Assembly: GCA_041749855.1 (NCBI GenBank) | Contig: JBGTAN010000037.1 | Span: 10,144-74,143 of the forward strand | Source: Bdellovibrionota bacterium | GTDB lineage: Bacteria > Bdellovibrionota > FAC87 > UBA2466 | Direction: 5' to 3' | Length of the DNA stretch: 64,000 nucleotides | Shown here: positions 30,046 through 41,592 of the stretch, one piece after another | Layout of the letters: each line of letters starts with the position of its first letter | How positions within the stretch are numbered: position 1 is the stretch's first letter | Position numbers and translations under genes: made by a program | Notes under the pieces: generated by a model | Databases searched by the model: none | What the model saw: the letters and a program-made list of their open reading frames with translations, nothing else | What the model was told of the DNA's origin: nothing

Positions 30046-30882
30046 ATGTCAGGCTCCTCTTCCACATTAGAAAAACTCGTTGCTTCAGAATTAAACACCG
30101 ACCGGTATGGCGATGATGTCACTGTCCGGCTTTTAGGCGAAGACGCCTCGACTCCGGCTGAGGCCGTCGCATTTGCTAAAGAAAAAGGGGTTTTCTGTGG
30201 GAAAGAGGTCGTAGATGCCTTTAGGCATCTCGGATTTAAGGCGGAGTGCCTCGTTTCAGATGGAGATACGGTCGAAAAGGGGACGGAAGTTGCGCGCATT
30301 AAAGACACTTTGGGCAGCTGCCTGGGTGCAGAGCGAACTCTTCTAAACCTTCTGTCCCATCTTTCTGGCGTGGCTACCCTCACTCGGCGCTATGTGGATG
30401 CGGCCAAGCCCCACCGGGTCCGCATTCTGGCGACGCGCAAAACCCTTCCGGGTCTGCGTGATTTGCAGCTGAAAGCGGTCCGTGCAGGAGGCGGTTATGT
30501 CCATCGCCGGTCCCTTTCAGACGGTATTTTGGTGAAGGATAACCACTTAGCGTTCATGGCAGAGGAACAAGTCGTGACACGCGCCAATCGCGTCAAAGCG
30601 CCACTGCACCGAGTTGAAGTGGAAGTTCAAAGCATTGAACAGCTCAAGCGTTTGCTGAAGTCCCCGCCCGATGTGGTGATGCTCGACAATCTAAACATTG
30701 AGCAGATGAAGGAAGCGATTGGGCTGATTGCAGGTCGCTGTGAAATCGAAGTTTCTGGGGGCGTGTCACTCGACTCTGTGCCAGCTCTTGCTGAACTCGG
30801 CGTGGACTACATTAGCGTGGGGCGGCTCACCCATTCGGCACCCGCGCTCGATCTTTCCATGGATATCCGGAAGGTGCACTGA
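30046..30882 (+). CDS. nadC: Nicotinate-nucleotide pyrophosphorylase (quinolinate phosphoribosyltransferase)
   Basis: QPRTase fold motifs (ATRKTLPGLR, VMLDN). Start taken at the internal Met to avoid overlap with the preceding gene. Confidence 0.88.
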   Translation: MSGSSSTLEKLVASELNTDRYGDDVTVRLLGEDASTPAEAVAFAKEKGVFCGKEVVDAFRHLGFKAECLVSDGDTVEKGTEVARIKDTLGSCLGAERTLLNLLSHLSGVATLTRRYVDAAKPHRVRILATRKTLPGLRDLQLKAVRAGGGYVHRRSLSDGILVKDNHLAFMAEEQVVTRANRVKAPLHRVEVEVQSIEQLKRLLKSPPDVVMLDNLNIEQMKEAIGLIAGRCEIEVSGGVSLDSVPALAELGVDYISVGRLTHSAPALDLSMDIRKVH

Positions 30883-32462
30883 TGTCCCGCGGGTTTGAGA
30901 CCGATTGCCTGGTGATTGGAAGCGGCATCGCAGGTCTATCCACCGCGATTGCGCTCTCTGAGACCGGACGGCAAGTGGTGCTGATTACGGCCGCGCCGGA
31001 CATCGTTGAATCCAATACCGTCTACGCTCAGGGCGGAATCATTTACGAAACCGAGAAGAAGGATCCCGAATCACTCATTCGCGACATACTCGAAGCGGGT
31101 TGCCGGGCTAACTACGAACCAGCGGTACGTTTGCTTGCGGAGCAAGGCCCTAGACTCGTTCGCGAGCTTCTGATTGAGAAAGTGAACGTTCGGTTCGACA
31201 GCCAAGTAGATGAGGGCCTGCACTTAACACGAGAAGCGGCGCACAGCGAAAATCGCATTATCCATCGCGGGGACGAGACGGGTAAATCCATTGAGCAATC
31301 GCTTTATGCCTATTGCAGTCAGCTGAAGAACTTGAAGTTTCTTTCCAGTCACACGGCAGTAAATCTTCTAATGACCTCTCACCATGGCCGCGACCGTACT
31401 CGTATTCACGAGCCAGCACGTTGTTTCGGCGCCTTCGTCTTCGATCAAAAAACTTCGGAAACCTATCCGATCCTCGCAGCCCACACGGTGCTTGCGACCG
31501 GCGGAGTCGGGCAGTTGTTTCTGCACAATACCAATAGTCGCTTTGCCCGAGGCGATGGCATCGCGCTTGCGGACCGCGCAGGCTGTCGCTTGGAGAATCT
31601 CGAGTATATCCAGTTTCACCCCACCACATTCTTTCAGTCGGGTGCCCCTCGGTTCTTGGTTTCGGAAGCGTTGCGCGGGGAGGGAGCTGTCCTTCTGAAT
31701 GCGAGTGGCGAACGCTTTCTCCAAAGACTATTGCCAGAGTATGCGACACCGGAACTTGCCCCCCGCGATAAAATGGCGCAAGCCATTCACCAGGAAATGC
31801 TCACGACGGGTGCTTCTTGCGTCTTTTTGGATATCAGTCACAAGGAAGCCGCTTGGGTACAAGAACGGTTCCCCTTCATCTATCGCACGTGTCTGCGCTA
31901 CGGCGTAGACATCACGAAGCAACCGATTCCGGTGGTTCCCGGAGCACACTATAGCTGCGGTGGCGTATGGGTGGATTTAGAAGGCAGAACCACCATTATG
32001 AATTTGTGGGCGGCCGGCGAAGTATCTTGCACGGGGGTGCACGGTGCCAATCGACTCGCTAGTACGTCTTTGCTGGAGGGGTTGGTTTGGGGCGTGCGCG
32101 CGGGAGGAGCGATTGGCCATGCGCTTCGAGTAGATCCGCACACGACTTTTCCTGAGATTGAACCGTGGGAATCTGGAACAGCCACCGTCGATCCTTCCTT
32201 TTTGTCGCAAGACTGGCTCGCGCTGAAACACACGATGTGGAACTACGTGGGACTGATTAAGACCGAAGCACGCCTTGCGCGGGCAGAAGGCATTTTGAAG
32301 GAGCTGGATCGCGGCATTGAGACTTTCTATCGACGCGCGGCGCTGAGCGATGGCTTAATCGGCTTGCGGCATGCTTCGCACGTTGCACTACGAATTTTGG
32401 AAGCCTCAATGGCCAACCCTCGGTCAATGGGTTGTTATCAGCGCGCGGACTTGGAGATTTAA
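30882..32462 (+). CDS. nadB: L-aspartate oxidase
   Basis: FAD-binding GSGIAGLS N-terminus, fumarate reductase/succinate dehydrogenase flavoprotein fold. Confidence 0.92.
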   Translation: MSRGFETDCLVIGSGIAGLSTAIALSETGRQVVLITAAPDIVESNTVYAQGGIIYETEKKDPESLIRDILEAGCRANYEPAVRLLAEQGPRLVRELLIEKVNVRFDSQVDEGLHLTREAAHSENRIIHRGDETGKSIEQSLYAYCSQLKNLKFLSSHTAVNLLMTSHHGRDRTRIHEPARCFGAFVFDQKTSETYPILAAHTVLATGGVGQLFLHNTNSRFARGDGIALADRAGCRLENLEYIQFHPTTFFQSGAPRFLVSEALRGEGAVLLNASGERFLQRLLPEYATPELAPRDKMAQAIHQEMLTTGASCVFLDISHKEAAWVQERFPFIYRTCLRYGVDITKQPIPVVPGAHYSCGGVWVDLEGRTTIMNLWAAGEVSCTGVHGANRLASTSLLEGLVWGVRAGGAIGHALRVDPHTTFPEIEPWESGTATVDPSFLSQDWLALKHTMWNYVGLIKTEARLARAEGILKELDRGIETFYRRAALSDGLIGLRHASHVALRILEASMANPRSMGCYQRADLEI

Positions 32463-33545
32463 GTGGCTTTTGTCTACAACATGGATCGCATTCGCGAACT
32501 CGAAGCGCTGCCTGAAGGGGAAGCAGCAGAGCGTATCCGAGCGATCCGTCTTAAGTACGGCTCCGATCTCTGCTTGCTGGCCCACCTGTATCAGCGACGT
32601 GCGATTTCGGAGTTGGCCGATTTTGCCGGCGATTCTTACGGGCTTTCCGTTTCTGCCTCAAAAGTAGAGGGCGGCAAGTACATTGTCTTTTGCGGTGTGC
32701 GATTCATGGCCGAGAGTGCCGCGATCCTTTGTCGGCCCGACCAAAAAGTGCTGCACCCTGATCCGGAAGCGGGCTGTCCGATGGCTGATATGGCTTCGGA
32801 TGAAGAAGTGCGGCGCGCCTGGGGCGTCCTCTCTCAAACCGGTAAGCAGCCGCCCGTGCCCGTGACCTACATGAACAGCACCGCTGACATAAAGGCATTC
32901 TGCGGAGAACACGGCGGCACTATCTGTACTTCTAGCAATGCCGGTCGAACTTTCGAATGGGCTTTCGAGCGGTCGGACCGCATCTTTTTCCTTCCGGATG
33001 AGCACCTGGGTCGTAATACCGCTCTGAAATATGGCATTTCTCCCGATGATATTGCCGTTTGGGATCCGGAGAAAGAAGACGGTGGGGATCCTGATGCGTA
33101 CGCCGACGCCAAAGTGATTTTGTGGAGAGGTTATTGTCCCGTGCACCAAAAGGTCACGGCACGCGATATCGACCATGCCCGACGCTTTTATCCCAAGGCG
33201 AAAGTTATTGTGCACCCTGAAGTTCCCGCTGATGTCGTCGCTAAAGCGGATGCGGCGGGAAGCACCAGTTTTATTGTGGATTACGTTGAGAAGAGTAAGC
33301 CGGGTGACGAGATCTTCATCGGCACTGAAATCAATTTGATTCAGAACTTGCAGGCGAAATACCCCGATCGCCTGATTGCAAAACTTCACCGCTCGTTGTG
33401 TCTCACGATGTACCAGATCACGATGGGGCGTTTGCTTTACACGCTCGAGAATCTCGAGACATTCCCCGTCGTCGAAGTGCCAGACTCAGTGAAGCACTAT
33501 TCAAAAGTGGCGCTAGATAGAATGCTGTCACTGCCATCAAGGTGA
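32463..33545 (+). CDS. nadA: Quinolinate synthase
   Basis: NadA-type sequence with conserved Cys ligands; GTG start immediately after the nadB stop. Confidence 0.88.
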   Translation: MAFVYNMDRIRELEALPEGEAAERIRAIRLKYGSDLCLLAHLYQRRAISELADFAGDSYGLSVSASKVEGGKYIVFCGVRFMAESAAILCRPDQKVLHPDPEAGCPMADMASDEEVRRAWGVLSQTGKQPPVPVTYMNSTADIKAFCGEHGGTICTSSNAGRTFEWAFERSDRIFFLPDEHLGRNTALKYGISPDDIAVWDPEKEDGGDPDAYADAKVILWRGYCPVHQKVTARDIDHARRFYPKAKVIVHPEVPADVVAKADAAGSTSFIVDYVEKSKPGDEIFIGTEINLIQNLQAKYPDRLIAKLHRSLCLTMYQITMGRLLYTLENLETFPVVEVPDSVKHYSKVALDRMLSLPSR

Positions 33546-33588
33546 TTCCACGCACTGATCCTAGGATCAGTGCCTAAGAAATACCCTT

Positions 33589-34785
33589 CTAATCTAGCTC
33601 GCCAAAGGCGTAGGGAATCGCGTTGAAGTCGTGGGCCGCGACTTTCCAGACCTTAAATGGCCGTCCTACTTCTATCGTGCCGTAGGAGTCTTGCACGTTG
33701 AGTGCTTGCGCCGCATTGAACGTGGCGGCGACAATGGCTTCAGGAATAGACATTTTCATCTGGCTGCACGCCAATGTGAGCATCAGCGGCAAGTTGTGAC
33801 TGGGGCAAGTGCCTGGATTGAAATCGGTTGTCAGAGCGACGATAGCCCCCGCGTCGATCAGCGCGCGTGCGGGGGGGTAAGGCGTGCCTGTGAAAAGCGA
33901 AGCGCCCGGTGCAAGCACTGCCACCGTTTCGGATTGGGCGAGCTTGGCGATGCCTTCTTTTGAAACATTGTCCAGGTGGTCGCAGCTGACGGCGCCCATT
34001 TCCGCTCCCAGCAAAGCGCCTTTTTGATCGGTAAATTGATCGACGTGGAGTTTGACGCCGAGCCCGTGCTTCTGAGCCGCTTCACACATCTTGCGTGTCT
34101 GATCGACGGTGAAATAGCCTTCTTCGACAAAGGCATCGAAAAACGTAGCGAGTTTCATACTTGCTATCTGAGGGATCCATTCTTCGCAGATAACACTCAC
34201 ATAATGGTCGGCTTTGCCTTTGAATTCGGGAGGGACCGTATGCGCAGGCAGAAAAGTCGGCACGAGGTGAAGGGGAGTGCGCTTCTGCAACGCTTTGACC
34301 ACTTCAAGCATCTTGATTTCGGATTCCAGCGTAAGCCCGTAGCCCGATTTAATCTCAAGACATTGAACACCCGCTGTGAAGCGCGTGAGTTCGTGACTGG
34401 CGCGATCAATGAGCGCTTCGAGTGAAGCGCTACGGGTTTCGCGCACCGTGGACAGAATGCCACCGCCCGACTGGGCAATTTCTTGATAGGTCTTGCCGCT
34501 GCAGCGAAGCGCATAGTCTTGGATCCGCTCGCCGCCGTACACGAGATGCGTGTGACACTCTACGAGTGCCGGCAACCAGACAGCTCCTTCGGCAGACACG
34601 CGGGGCGCTTGAGCGTACGCTTTGGGGGTTTCTCGGCGCGGACCGACCCAGCGAACGATTCCCCCATCTTCCACTAGCGCTGCATCGGTGATGATTCCCA
34701 GGTCTTGCTGAGTTGCGTTGCGGCCCTTCTTCGTGCGGGCTCCTTGAAGGGTCAGGCACTGCGCGATGTTTTCAAAAACTGTCAT
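33589..34785 (-). CDS. hutI: Imidazolonepropionase
   Basis: Amidohydrolase metal ligands (ECHTHL...; HVDQ...) and HutI-like length and order after hutU. Confidence 0.9.
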   Translation of the reverse strand: MTVFENIAQCLTLQGARTKKGRNATQQDLGIITDAALVEDGGIVRWVGPRRETPKAYAQAPRVSAEGAVWLPALVECHTHLVYGGERIQDYALRCSGKTYQEIAQSGGGILSTVRETRSASLEALIDRASHELTRFTAGVQCLEIKSGYGLTLESEIKMLEVVKALQKRTPLHLVPTFLPAHTVPPEFKGKADHYVSVICEEWIPQIASMKLATFFDAFVEEGYFTVDQTRKMCEAAQKHGLGVKLHVDQFTDQKGALLGAEMGAVSCDHLDNVSKEGIAKLAQSETVAVLAPGASLFTGTPYPPARALIDAGAIVALTTDFNPGTCPSHNLPLMLTLACSQMKMSIPEAIVAATFNAAQALNVQDSYGTIEVGRPFKVWKVAAHDFNAIPYAFGELD

Positions 34786-36431
34786 GCGTCCATCGGGATC
34801 TGAACAGCGTGTTTCTTAGCCACTTCACGCGCCAGTGGATAGCCTGCGTCTGCGTGGCGAAACAAACCCATGGCGGGATCGGAGTTCAGTACGCGCGACA
34901 GTCGCTTGTCCGCACGGGCTGTTCCATCTGCCAAAATGACCATGCCCGCATGAATCGAGTACCCGATTCCCACTCCACCGCCGTGATGCACGGAGATCCA
35001 GCTTGCGCCATTCACTGCGTTAATCATCGCATTCAAGATGGGCCAATCGGCAATGGCGTCGCTTCCATCTTTCATTGCCTCGGTTTCACGGTTAGGTGAA
35101 GCCACACTGCCGCAGTCTAGATGATCGCGGCCAATGACGATCGGCGCTTTCACTTTGCCATCGCGAACTAACTTGTTGAAAACCAGGCCTGCCTTTTCTC
35201 GTTCACCGTGGCCCAACCAGCAAATACGCGCGGGAAGGCCCTGAAAGTGAATGCGCTCCTTTGCCAGCGTCAGCCAGCGTTTGAGGTCCGCTTTCTCCGG
35301 GAAAAGTTCCGATAGCGCACGGTCGGTAACATAAATGTCTTCGGGGTCACCACTCAACGCCACCCACCGAAAAGGACCCTTTCCCTCGCAAAAGAGGGGG
35401 CGAATGTACTGCGGGACAAAACCCGGAATCTCAAAAGCATCTTTCACGCCTTGCTCTTCCGCGATGGCCCGAATGTTATTCCCATAGTCGAACGTGGGAA
35501 TGCCCTTTTTGTGGAACTCCAAAAGGCCCTTTACGTGCGCCGCAATCGAATCTTTGGATCGGCGAACGTATTCCTGTGGGTCACTCGCACGCAAAGCCGC
35601 ACCTTGTTCCATCGACAAGCCGACGGGGAGGTAGCCGCGCAACGGATCGTGGGCAGACGTTTGGTCCGTCACAAAATCTGGAAGGACTTTGCCTTTGGCG
35701 ATGCGCGGTACGAGTTCAGCCGCATTACCCAACAGTCCTATAGAAATCGCTTGTTTGCTTTTGCAGGCCGCCTCGATAGCACTGAGGGATGCTTCCAAGC
35801 TCGTTTCCATCTTGTCGAGATAACCCGTTTCAATACGACGCCGGATGCGCGTTTCGTCTACTTCGATGGCCAGCATGCAAGCGCCATTCATCGTGGCAGC
35901 GAGCGGTTGGGCGCCACCCATTCCACCCAGTCCAGCAGTCAAAAACCATTTGCCCGCAAGGTCACCACCGCAGTGCTGACGGCCCGCTTCGGCGAACGTT
36001 TCATACGTGCCTTGCACGATCCCTTGTGTGCCGATGTAGATCCAGCTGCCCGCGGTCATCTGGCCAAACATGGTGAGTCCCTTGCGTTCCAGCTCGCGAA
36101 AGTTTTCCCAAGTAGCCCAGTGGGGAACGAGGAGTGAATTGGCGAGTAGCACCCGGGGAGCTTCCTCGTGCGAACGAATCACGCCGACAGGTTTGCCCGA
36201 TTGAACGAGAAGCGTCTCGTCGTTGCCGAGTGTTTTGAGGGTAGCGACGATCGCATCGAAGCTTTCCCAGTTGCGTGCGGCTTTTCCTGTGCCGCCGTAA
36301 ACAACGAGTTCCTCGGGGCGTTCCGCCACGTCCGGATCCAAGTTATTCATGAGCATGCGAAGGGCGGCTTCTTGTTCCCAACCCTTACATTGCAGGGTCG
36401 TTCCGCGGGATGCGCGGATGACGCGACTCAT
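34782..36431 (-). CDS. hutU: Urocanate hydratase
   Basis: Highly conserved urocanase sequence ([10 protein letters not shown]... NAD-binding), 549 aa. Confidence 0.95.
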   Translation of the reverse strand: MSRVIRASRGTTLQCKGWEQEAALRMLMNNLDPDVAERPEELVVYGGTGKAARNWESFDAIVATLKTLGNDETLLVQSGKPVGVIRSHEEAPRVLLANSLLVPHWATWENFRELERKGLTMFGQMTAGSWIYIGTQGIVQGTYETFAEAGRQHCGGDLAGKWFLTAGLGGMGGAQPLAATMNGACMLAIEVDETRIRRRIETGYLDKMETSLEASLSAIEAACKSKQAISIGLLGNAAELVPRIAKGKVLPDFVTDQTSAHDPLRGYLPVGLSMEQGAALRASDPQEYVRRSKDSIAAHVKGLLEFHKKGIPTFDYGNNIRAIAEEQGVKDAFEIPGFVPQYIRPLFCEGKGPFRWVALSGDPEDIYVTDRALSELFPEKADLKRWLTLAKERIHFQGLPARICWLGHGEREKAGLVFNKLVRDGKVKAPIVIGRDHLDCGSVASPNRETEAMKDGSDAIADWPILNAMINAVNGASWISVHHGGGVGIGYSIHAGMVILADGTARADKRLSRVLNSDPAMGLFRHADAGYPLAREVAKKHAVQIPMDA

Positions 36432-37946
36432 AGTAGCCCTTCTGCCCGGGCACGATTGTGCAATTCGCCGGACTTTACAAGAGAGGCGATAGATTCAATA
36501 TCAGGCGTCAGCGCCCTATCTACCGAAAGACGAGAGACGCGTTCTCGCACCTGTGCTTGGAGCCATGCAGGACCGGGCCCTGGCTTCAAAGGCTTTCGAA
36601 AATCTAAAGCTTGAGCAGCAGCGAGCATTTCAATGGCGAGAATATTTTCGGTGTTTTCCAAAATCACTTTCGCTTTGCGTGCGGCCGTGGGTCCCATACT
36701 GACATGGTCTTCTTTTTCATTGTTGGTGGGAATGGAATCTGTGGAGGCAGGGTGCGTCAGCAATCGACTTTCGGCTGCAAGCGCTGCAGCGGTAACGTGG
36801 GCGATCATGAATCCCGAATTCAGCCCCTCTTTCTCAACGAGGAAGCAGGGCAACTCGCTATAAGAAGGATCAATGAGTTTCGCGATACGCCGTTCTGAAA
36901 GGCTTCCCAACTCCGACAAACCCATCCCGAGAATATCTAAGGCAAAGGCAACCGGCTGGCCATGAAAGTTGCCTTGAGAAACAATTTCACCCGTGTTCGG
37001 GTCCACCAAAGGATTGTCGGTAGCGGCATTCAGCTCGATAGAGAGTGTCTGACGGACAAACGAAAAAAGATCCCGACAGGCACCATGCACTTGGGGTGCG
37101 CAGCGGAAGGAGTAGGGGTCTTGAACCCGATCGCAATGCTTGTGGCTTTGGTAGATCTCACTGCCTTGCATCCAGCCGCTCATGTTTTTCGCAGACAGAG
37201 CTTGTCCTGGATACGGTCGAGTGGCGTGCACCCACGCGGAATAAGCCCGTGGCGTTCCGAGCACGCCGTCCAGACTGGCCGCGCAAGTGAGATCTGCAAG
37301 GTCTGCAATTTCTTCTGCTTGAAGTAGTAGCAACGCGCCGAGGCCGCTCATTTGTTGTGTGCCGTTGATGAGCGATAGCCCTTCTTTGGGTGCCAGTTTC
37401 ACAGGGGTAAGACCCGCTTGCTTGAGTGCGGCGGCTCCCGAGAGGCGCTTACCGTCGATAAAAGCTTCGCCTTCGCCAATCAGAACGGCGGCTAGATGCG
37501 CAAGCGGCGCCAAGTCGCCACTCGCACCGACCGATCCCTTGCAAGGAATGACGGGGTGCACTCCTTTGTTTAACATCCCCACGAGGGTTTCCACGATTTC
37601 GGGACGGACGCCAGAAAAGCCCTTCGCTAGCACGTTCGTGCGAAGCAAAAGAATGGCCCGGCTTTCTGTTTCCGAGTGGGGTTCCCCCACGCCAGCGCAG
37701 TGACTACGAATGAGATTGACCTGCAATTGATCGAGTTGATCGGAAGGCACAGTCACTTTGCTCAACACTCCAAAACCGGTGTTGATGCTGTACACACGTT
37801 CGTTGGACTTCGCCGCTTTGTCGATCCAAGTACGCGTCTTAGCAAGTCGTTCGCGCGCGCTGGGCGCCAACTGAACTTTCTCGCCGTCTACGACAATGGC
37901 CCGCAGTGTTGCGAGACTGAGGGAATTGCCGTCCAATGAAATCAAG
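36428..37946 (-). CDS. hutH: Histidine ammonia-lyase
   Basis: MIO-forming triad GASGDLAPL (Ala-Ser-Gly); likely TTG start at 37946 ([11 protein letters not shown]); the track ORF extends to 38035. Confidence 0.9.
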
Positions 37947-38601
37947 CGTTCGCTCCTGGTGCTTTCAGCTTGGCAATCGTGTCTTTGTAGTTGGGGGTAC
38001 CGAAAAGCCCTGTTCCTACGACGAGAATCTCGCAACCTGCTTGAATGGCATCTCCTGCATTGGATGCTTTGATGCCGCCATCAATCTCAATTTGAACTTG
38101 AGGTGCTTTCTTTTTCAATTCGCGGATTCGGTCCCAAGTTCCTTCGATAAACTTCTGTCCACCGAATCCGGGGTTTACGCTCATCACGAGAACAAAATCT
38201 GTGTTGTCGAGTACTGCATCAAGTGAAGAGAGCGGCGTGCCAGGATTAATGGCCACTCCCGGCTTCATTCCCAGTTCGCGAATACGGCTCAAAGTGCGAT
38301 GCAGGTGTGGGCAGGCCTCAACGTGAACGGAGAGCCAATCGCACCCTGCTTGAGCGAAACGTTCCAGGTACGCGTCTGCGTTTTGGATCATCAGGTGGGC
38401 GTCAATCGGGAGTTTAGTGATTTTGCGAAGTGCTTCAATCACAGGAAATCCAAAAGAGATATTCGGAACGAAATGTCCGTCCATGACATCGAAGTGCAAA
38501 ACGTCGGCGCCTGCTTCTTGAACCTTGCGGACTTCTTCTCCCAGTTTGGAGAGATCAGCTGCTAGAAGAGAGGGTGCAATTTGGATTTTTGGATTTCCCA
38601 C
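37942..38601 (-). CDS. rpe: Ribulose-phosphate 3-epimerase
   Basis: Conserved HFDVMDGHFVPN and MSVNPGFGGQ motifs. Confidence 0.95.
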   Translation of the reverse strand: MGNPKIQIAPSLLAADLSKLGEEVRKVQEAGADVLHFDVMDGHFVPNISFGFPVIEALRKITKLPIDAHLMIQNADAYLERFAQAGCDWLSVHVEACPHLHRTLSRIRELGMKPGVAINPGTPLSSLDAVLDNTDFVLVMSVNPGFGGQKFIEGTWDRIRELKKKAPQVQIEIDGGIKASNAGDAIQAGCEILVVGTGLFGTPNYKDTIAKLKAPGANA

Positions 38602-38609
38602 GGAGTCGT

Positions 38610-39584
38610 TTAGCCCATGTTCTCAAACGGGAAATTTCCCCGATAAGCCGTCAAAAAGTCTTTGATTTCCAATTTTTTTCTATTCTCCAGCTGGATCCGT
38701 GTCAAGGAGAGGGCGGTTCCACCGCCGCAACCTACAAGCACTCTAGTCTTGTGGTCCGTTGAAATATCCCCTGGAGCGCTGGGGCCAGAGGCCTTGGACA
38801 TTTCCGCGCCATATACCTTCAGTCGTACCCCTCCCAGAGCAGATTGAGCGACAGGCCAAGGCTGGAGGCCATTCACTTTACGAAGAATCTTGGGGGCGGG
38901 CTGAGTCCAATCAATGACGGCTTCTTCCTTGGTGAGCTTGGGAGCAACCGTTGCATCCGCTTCCACTTGAGGGGTAAAGAACGGCGTTCCGCCGTCGATG
39001 AGACGCACCGCCTCAATCAGGGCTTCCGCACCTAGAACTGCTAACCGCTCGAACAAATCGACTGAAGTGTCGGATTCTGAAATGGGCGTGGTCTTGGTTA
39101 GCAGGATGTCTCCTGCATCGAGTTTCTTGACCATCTTTTGAATGGTCACTCCGGTGAGTGTTTGGCCGTCGAGAATGGCGCGTTGGATCGGAGCGGCGCC
39201 CCGGTACTTCGGCAGCAAAGAGCCATGGACATTCAATGAGTACAACCGGGGAATATCCAAAATCTCTTTCTTCAGCAGCTGGCCGAAAGCCGCCACCAAA
39301 AAGAGGTCGGCTTTAAGGGCTGTAAGTTCTGCAACCATTTCGGGGGTATTCACTGACTGAACCGGAAATACGGGAAGCCCCAGCTGCTGAGCGAGTGCCT
39401 CAACCGCACTTGGCTCCTGCTTTAAGCCGCGCCCTGCGGCACGTGCAGGCTGGCAGACGACCGCCACGGGCGGAAGGCCTTCAGCAACGAGCTTTTGCAG
39501 AATAGTGGCTGCAAATTCCGGCGTACCCATGAAGACGGTTCTTAGCACGGTAGGAACTATAAGCGAGCCGGGGGAACTGGTCAC
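38610..39584 (-). CDS. fmt: Methionyl-tRNA formyltransferase
   Basis: VFMGTPEFA...SLNVHGSLLPKYRGAAPI; GTG start at 39584, an internal GTG (VLRTVFMG) is also possible. Confidence 0.9.
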   Translation of the reverse strand: MTSSPGSLIVPTVLRTVFMGTPEFAATILQKLVAEGLPPVAVVCQPARAAGRGLKQEPSAVEALAQQLGLPVFPVQSVNTPEMVAELTALKADLFLVAAFGQLLKKEILDIPRLYSLNVHGSLLPKYRGAAPIQRAILDGQTLTGVTIQKMVKKLDAGDILLTKTTPISESDTSVDLFERLAVLGAEALIEAVRLIDGGTPFFTPQVEADATVAPKLTKEEAVIDWTQPAPKILRKVNGLQPWPVAQSALGGVRLKVYGAEMSKASGPSAPGDISTDHKTRVLVGCGGGTALSLTRIQLENRKKLEIKDFLTAYRGNFPFENMG

Positions 39585-39599
39585 GTGACCAGTTCGGGT

Positions 39600-41021
39600 T
39601 TAAAGATCGGTCAGATTGAGCAGCTCATTGGCTTGTGCGACGTTCACACCGAAGAACTTTTCGTACCAGACCGACGCGTACTGCGGTGGATTTTCAAGTC
39701 GGCTACGCAAGCAGCGATGCACTTGATCTCCAGTTGCGAGCAAAGTCGGTTCGGCAGCCATCGGCTCACAGAAAAGCGAGTCCCAGATCTCACCCGCTGA
39801 AGCTTTCAAGTCGCTTCCCATGATTTCGACCTGCTGCTTCACCCAGGTTTCGGGGTGTTCCAAGTCCGGCGACTCTGGCCTGAGTCCAATGTTCGGCATG
39901 TTCCAATGGTGTTCGAAACCTTGCTTTTCGGTTCTACCGTCGAGCCGCACGGGCTTCTCGAGGCCCGCCAGTTTGAGCTCTCCTTGAAGGCGGAACTCAA
40001 TCTCTTGCCGGTGATTGACTCCGAAGTAAGGTTTGTAGCGCTCTTCAGAACGGTAGCGAGTGACAGGCTGCTGTTCCGTGTAACTTTCTCGTCGGTATTC
40101 GATCTTATTTTTATTGGTGGCATAAGGAACCTCACGATATTTCGTAACGGTTTCATAATCCGTATAGGGCACTCTGACTGAGTACCCGTGGACGCGTTGT
40201 TCCTGAAGTTTGTCATGATCGTAGCGGTAGTTTCCCACGAGATCCAAAATCACGGATTTCTGTCCGTGTGGGTCGTACCAGGGAGTCTGTTCAAAAGCTT
40301 TCTGTACGGCACCCTGAAGCGCGCCTTGATACTTAGTGGGGAGTCCTTCGATGTTCGCAGCGATGCGCACGCCTCGATAGAGCTCTCCTCGTTTTGCAAT
40401 TTGTCCTGAGGTTTTGCCCTTGTTAGGAATACCCCAAGTGACGCACACCTTTCGAACAAACTCTGAAAAATAGGGTTGCTTCGGCGATTCAATGCGAGAC
40501 AGGGAACGGCACTGACTTTGTCCGGCAGCGTGGAGTTCTTTCATCAGCGACTCATAGTGGCCGAGAAGACTACCGGCAAAAATCGGCCGATAGTGGGTCA
40601 TCAGGTAGAGACCCCGCAACGGTCGCTCCCCTTTGATGGATTCCCGTACCTGAGATTCAACAAACTTAAAGGCCTCGCTGTTTTCTTCTTCTTGAGTGAT
40701 TCCCACGTGGGCGAGAGGGTAGGTGTCCCAGCTTTTTTCATTTGCGGAGAGCTCAAGAAGAAAGTCCAGGGCGAGTTGTTGGCTCCCTCCCAGGCGCGCC
40801 ATGCGGATCTCAATGAGCTTCTTGTCGATGTAAGCGTTTCGGGCTTTGCGAAGCCCCACCAAGGCGGCTTCATCTCGGGCATCCTGTTCCAGTGCCGCCG
40901 AGTACATTTGAACGGCTTCCCAGTAGTTGCCCTGGCCCATGAGATCATCGGCTTTCCCGCGCAAACCAGAACAGGCGCCGAGTAGAAAGAGGGCCAAAAC
41001 GGGGGCTGCAAATCGTGCCAT
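39600..41021 (-). CDS. Lipoprotein with N-terminal TPR-like region, unknown function, inserted between def and fmt
   Basis: Lipobox LLGACS; Tyr/Arg/Lys-rich central region. Confidence 0.6.
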   Translation of the reverse strand: MARFAAPVLALFLLGACSGLRGKADDLMGQGNYWEAVQMYSAALEQDARDEAALVGLRKARNAYIDKKLIEIRMARLGGSQQLALDFLLELSANEKSWDTYPLAHVGITQEEENSEAFKFVESQVRESIKGERPLRGLYLMTHYRPIFAGSLLGHYESLMKELHAAGQSQCRSLSRIESPKQPYFSEFVRKVCVTWGIPNKGKTSGQIAKRGELYRGVRIAANIEGLPTKYQGALQGAVQKAFEQTPWYDPHGQKSVILDLVGNYRYDHDKLQEQRVHGYSVRVPYTDYETVTKYREVPYATNKNKIEYRRESYTEQQPVTRYRSEERYKPYFGVNHRQEIEFRLQGELKLAGLEKPVRLDGRTEKQGFEHHWNMPNIGLRPESPDLEHPETWVKQQVEIMGSDLKASAGEIWDSLFCEPMAAEPTLLATGDQVHRCLRSRLENPPQYASVWYEKFFGVNVAQANELLNLTDL

Positions 41022-41087
41022 AAGAGCTCCTAGAACTATGGGAAAAGACGTCGAATCGGGGCGAAATGTGCCAGGCTTGTGCTTGTA

Positions 41088-41591
41088 CTAGAGGGTTACT
41101 TGCCGACCGAGCTTTCTCTTCACGAGCGCCCTTTTAATGGCAGAGAGCCTATCTACAAAGAGAATTCCGTCTAAGTGGTCGTACTCATGCTGGATAGCCA
41201 CGGCTAGGAGGTCTTCCGCTTGGAGGACTTGAGCCTTGCCCGTGCGGTCTTGGTAATCCACGCGGATATGCTTCTTTCGGTTCACGGATTCACCCACGCC
41301 AGGCACGCTTAGGCACCCCTCATCGAACGCGATTTTGCCCGTTCCCTCTGAAATCCTCGGGTTCACGAATTCGTACCGACCCCGGGGCCCCTCCTCCTGC
41401 AGGCTCAAATCGACGATAAAGGCTCGAATGGGCCGGTCTACTTGAGGAGCGGCCAGGCCAATTCCATGCGAGGCCAACATCGTTTCATGCATATCATCGA
41501 GTAGCTTGGCCAAGTCCGCATCAAAGCGCGTGACTGCCTCACTCACTTTGCGAAGGCGCTTATCGGGGTATTCAAGGATATCAAGACGCAT
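41088..41591 (-). CDS. def: Peptide deformylase
   Basis: Motifs GIGLAAPQV, EGCLS, HEYDHL. Confidence 0.95.
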   Translation of the reverse strand: MRLDILEYPDKRLRKVSEAVTRFDADLAKLLDDMHETMLASHGIGLAAPQVDRPIRAFIVDLSLQEEGPRGRYEFVNPRISEGTGKIAFDEGCLSVPGVGESVNRKKHIRVDYQDRTGKAQVLQAEDLLAVAIQHEYDHLDGILFVDRLSAIKRALVKRKLGRQVTL

Positions 41592-41592
41592 A

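Noticed and set aside
32658-33389. 243-aa minus-strand ORF inside nadA
   Set aside because: Antisense to a strongly conserved NadA coding sequence; no homology and no start context.
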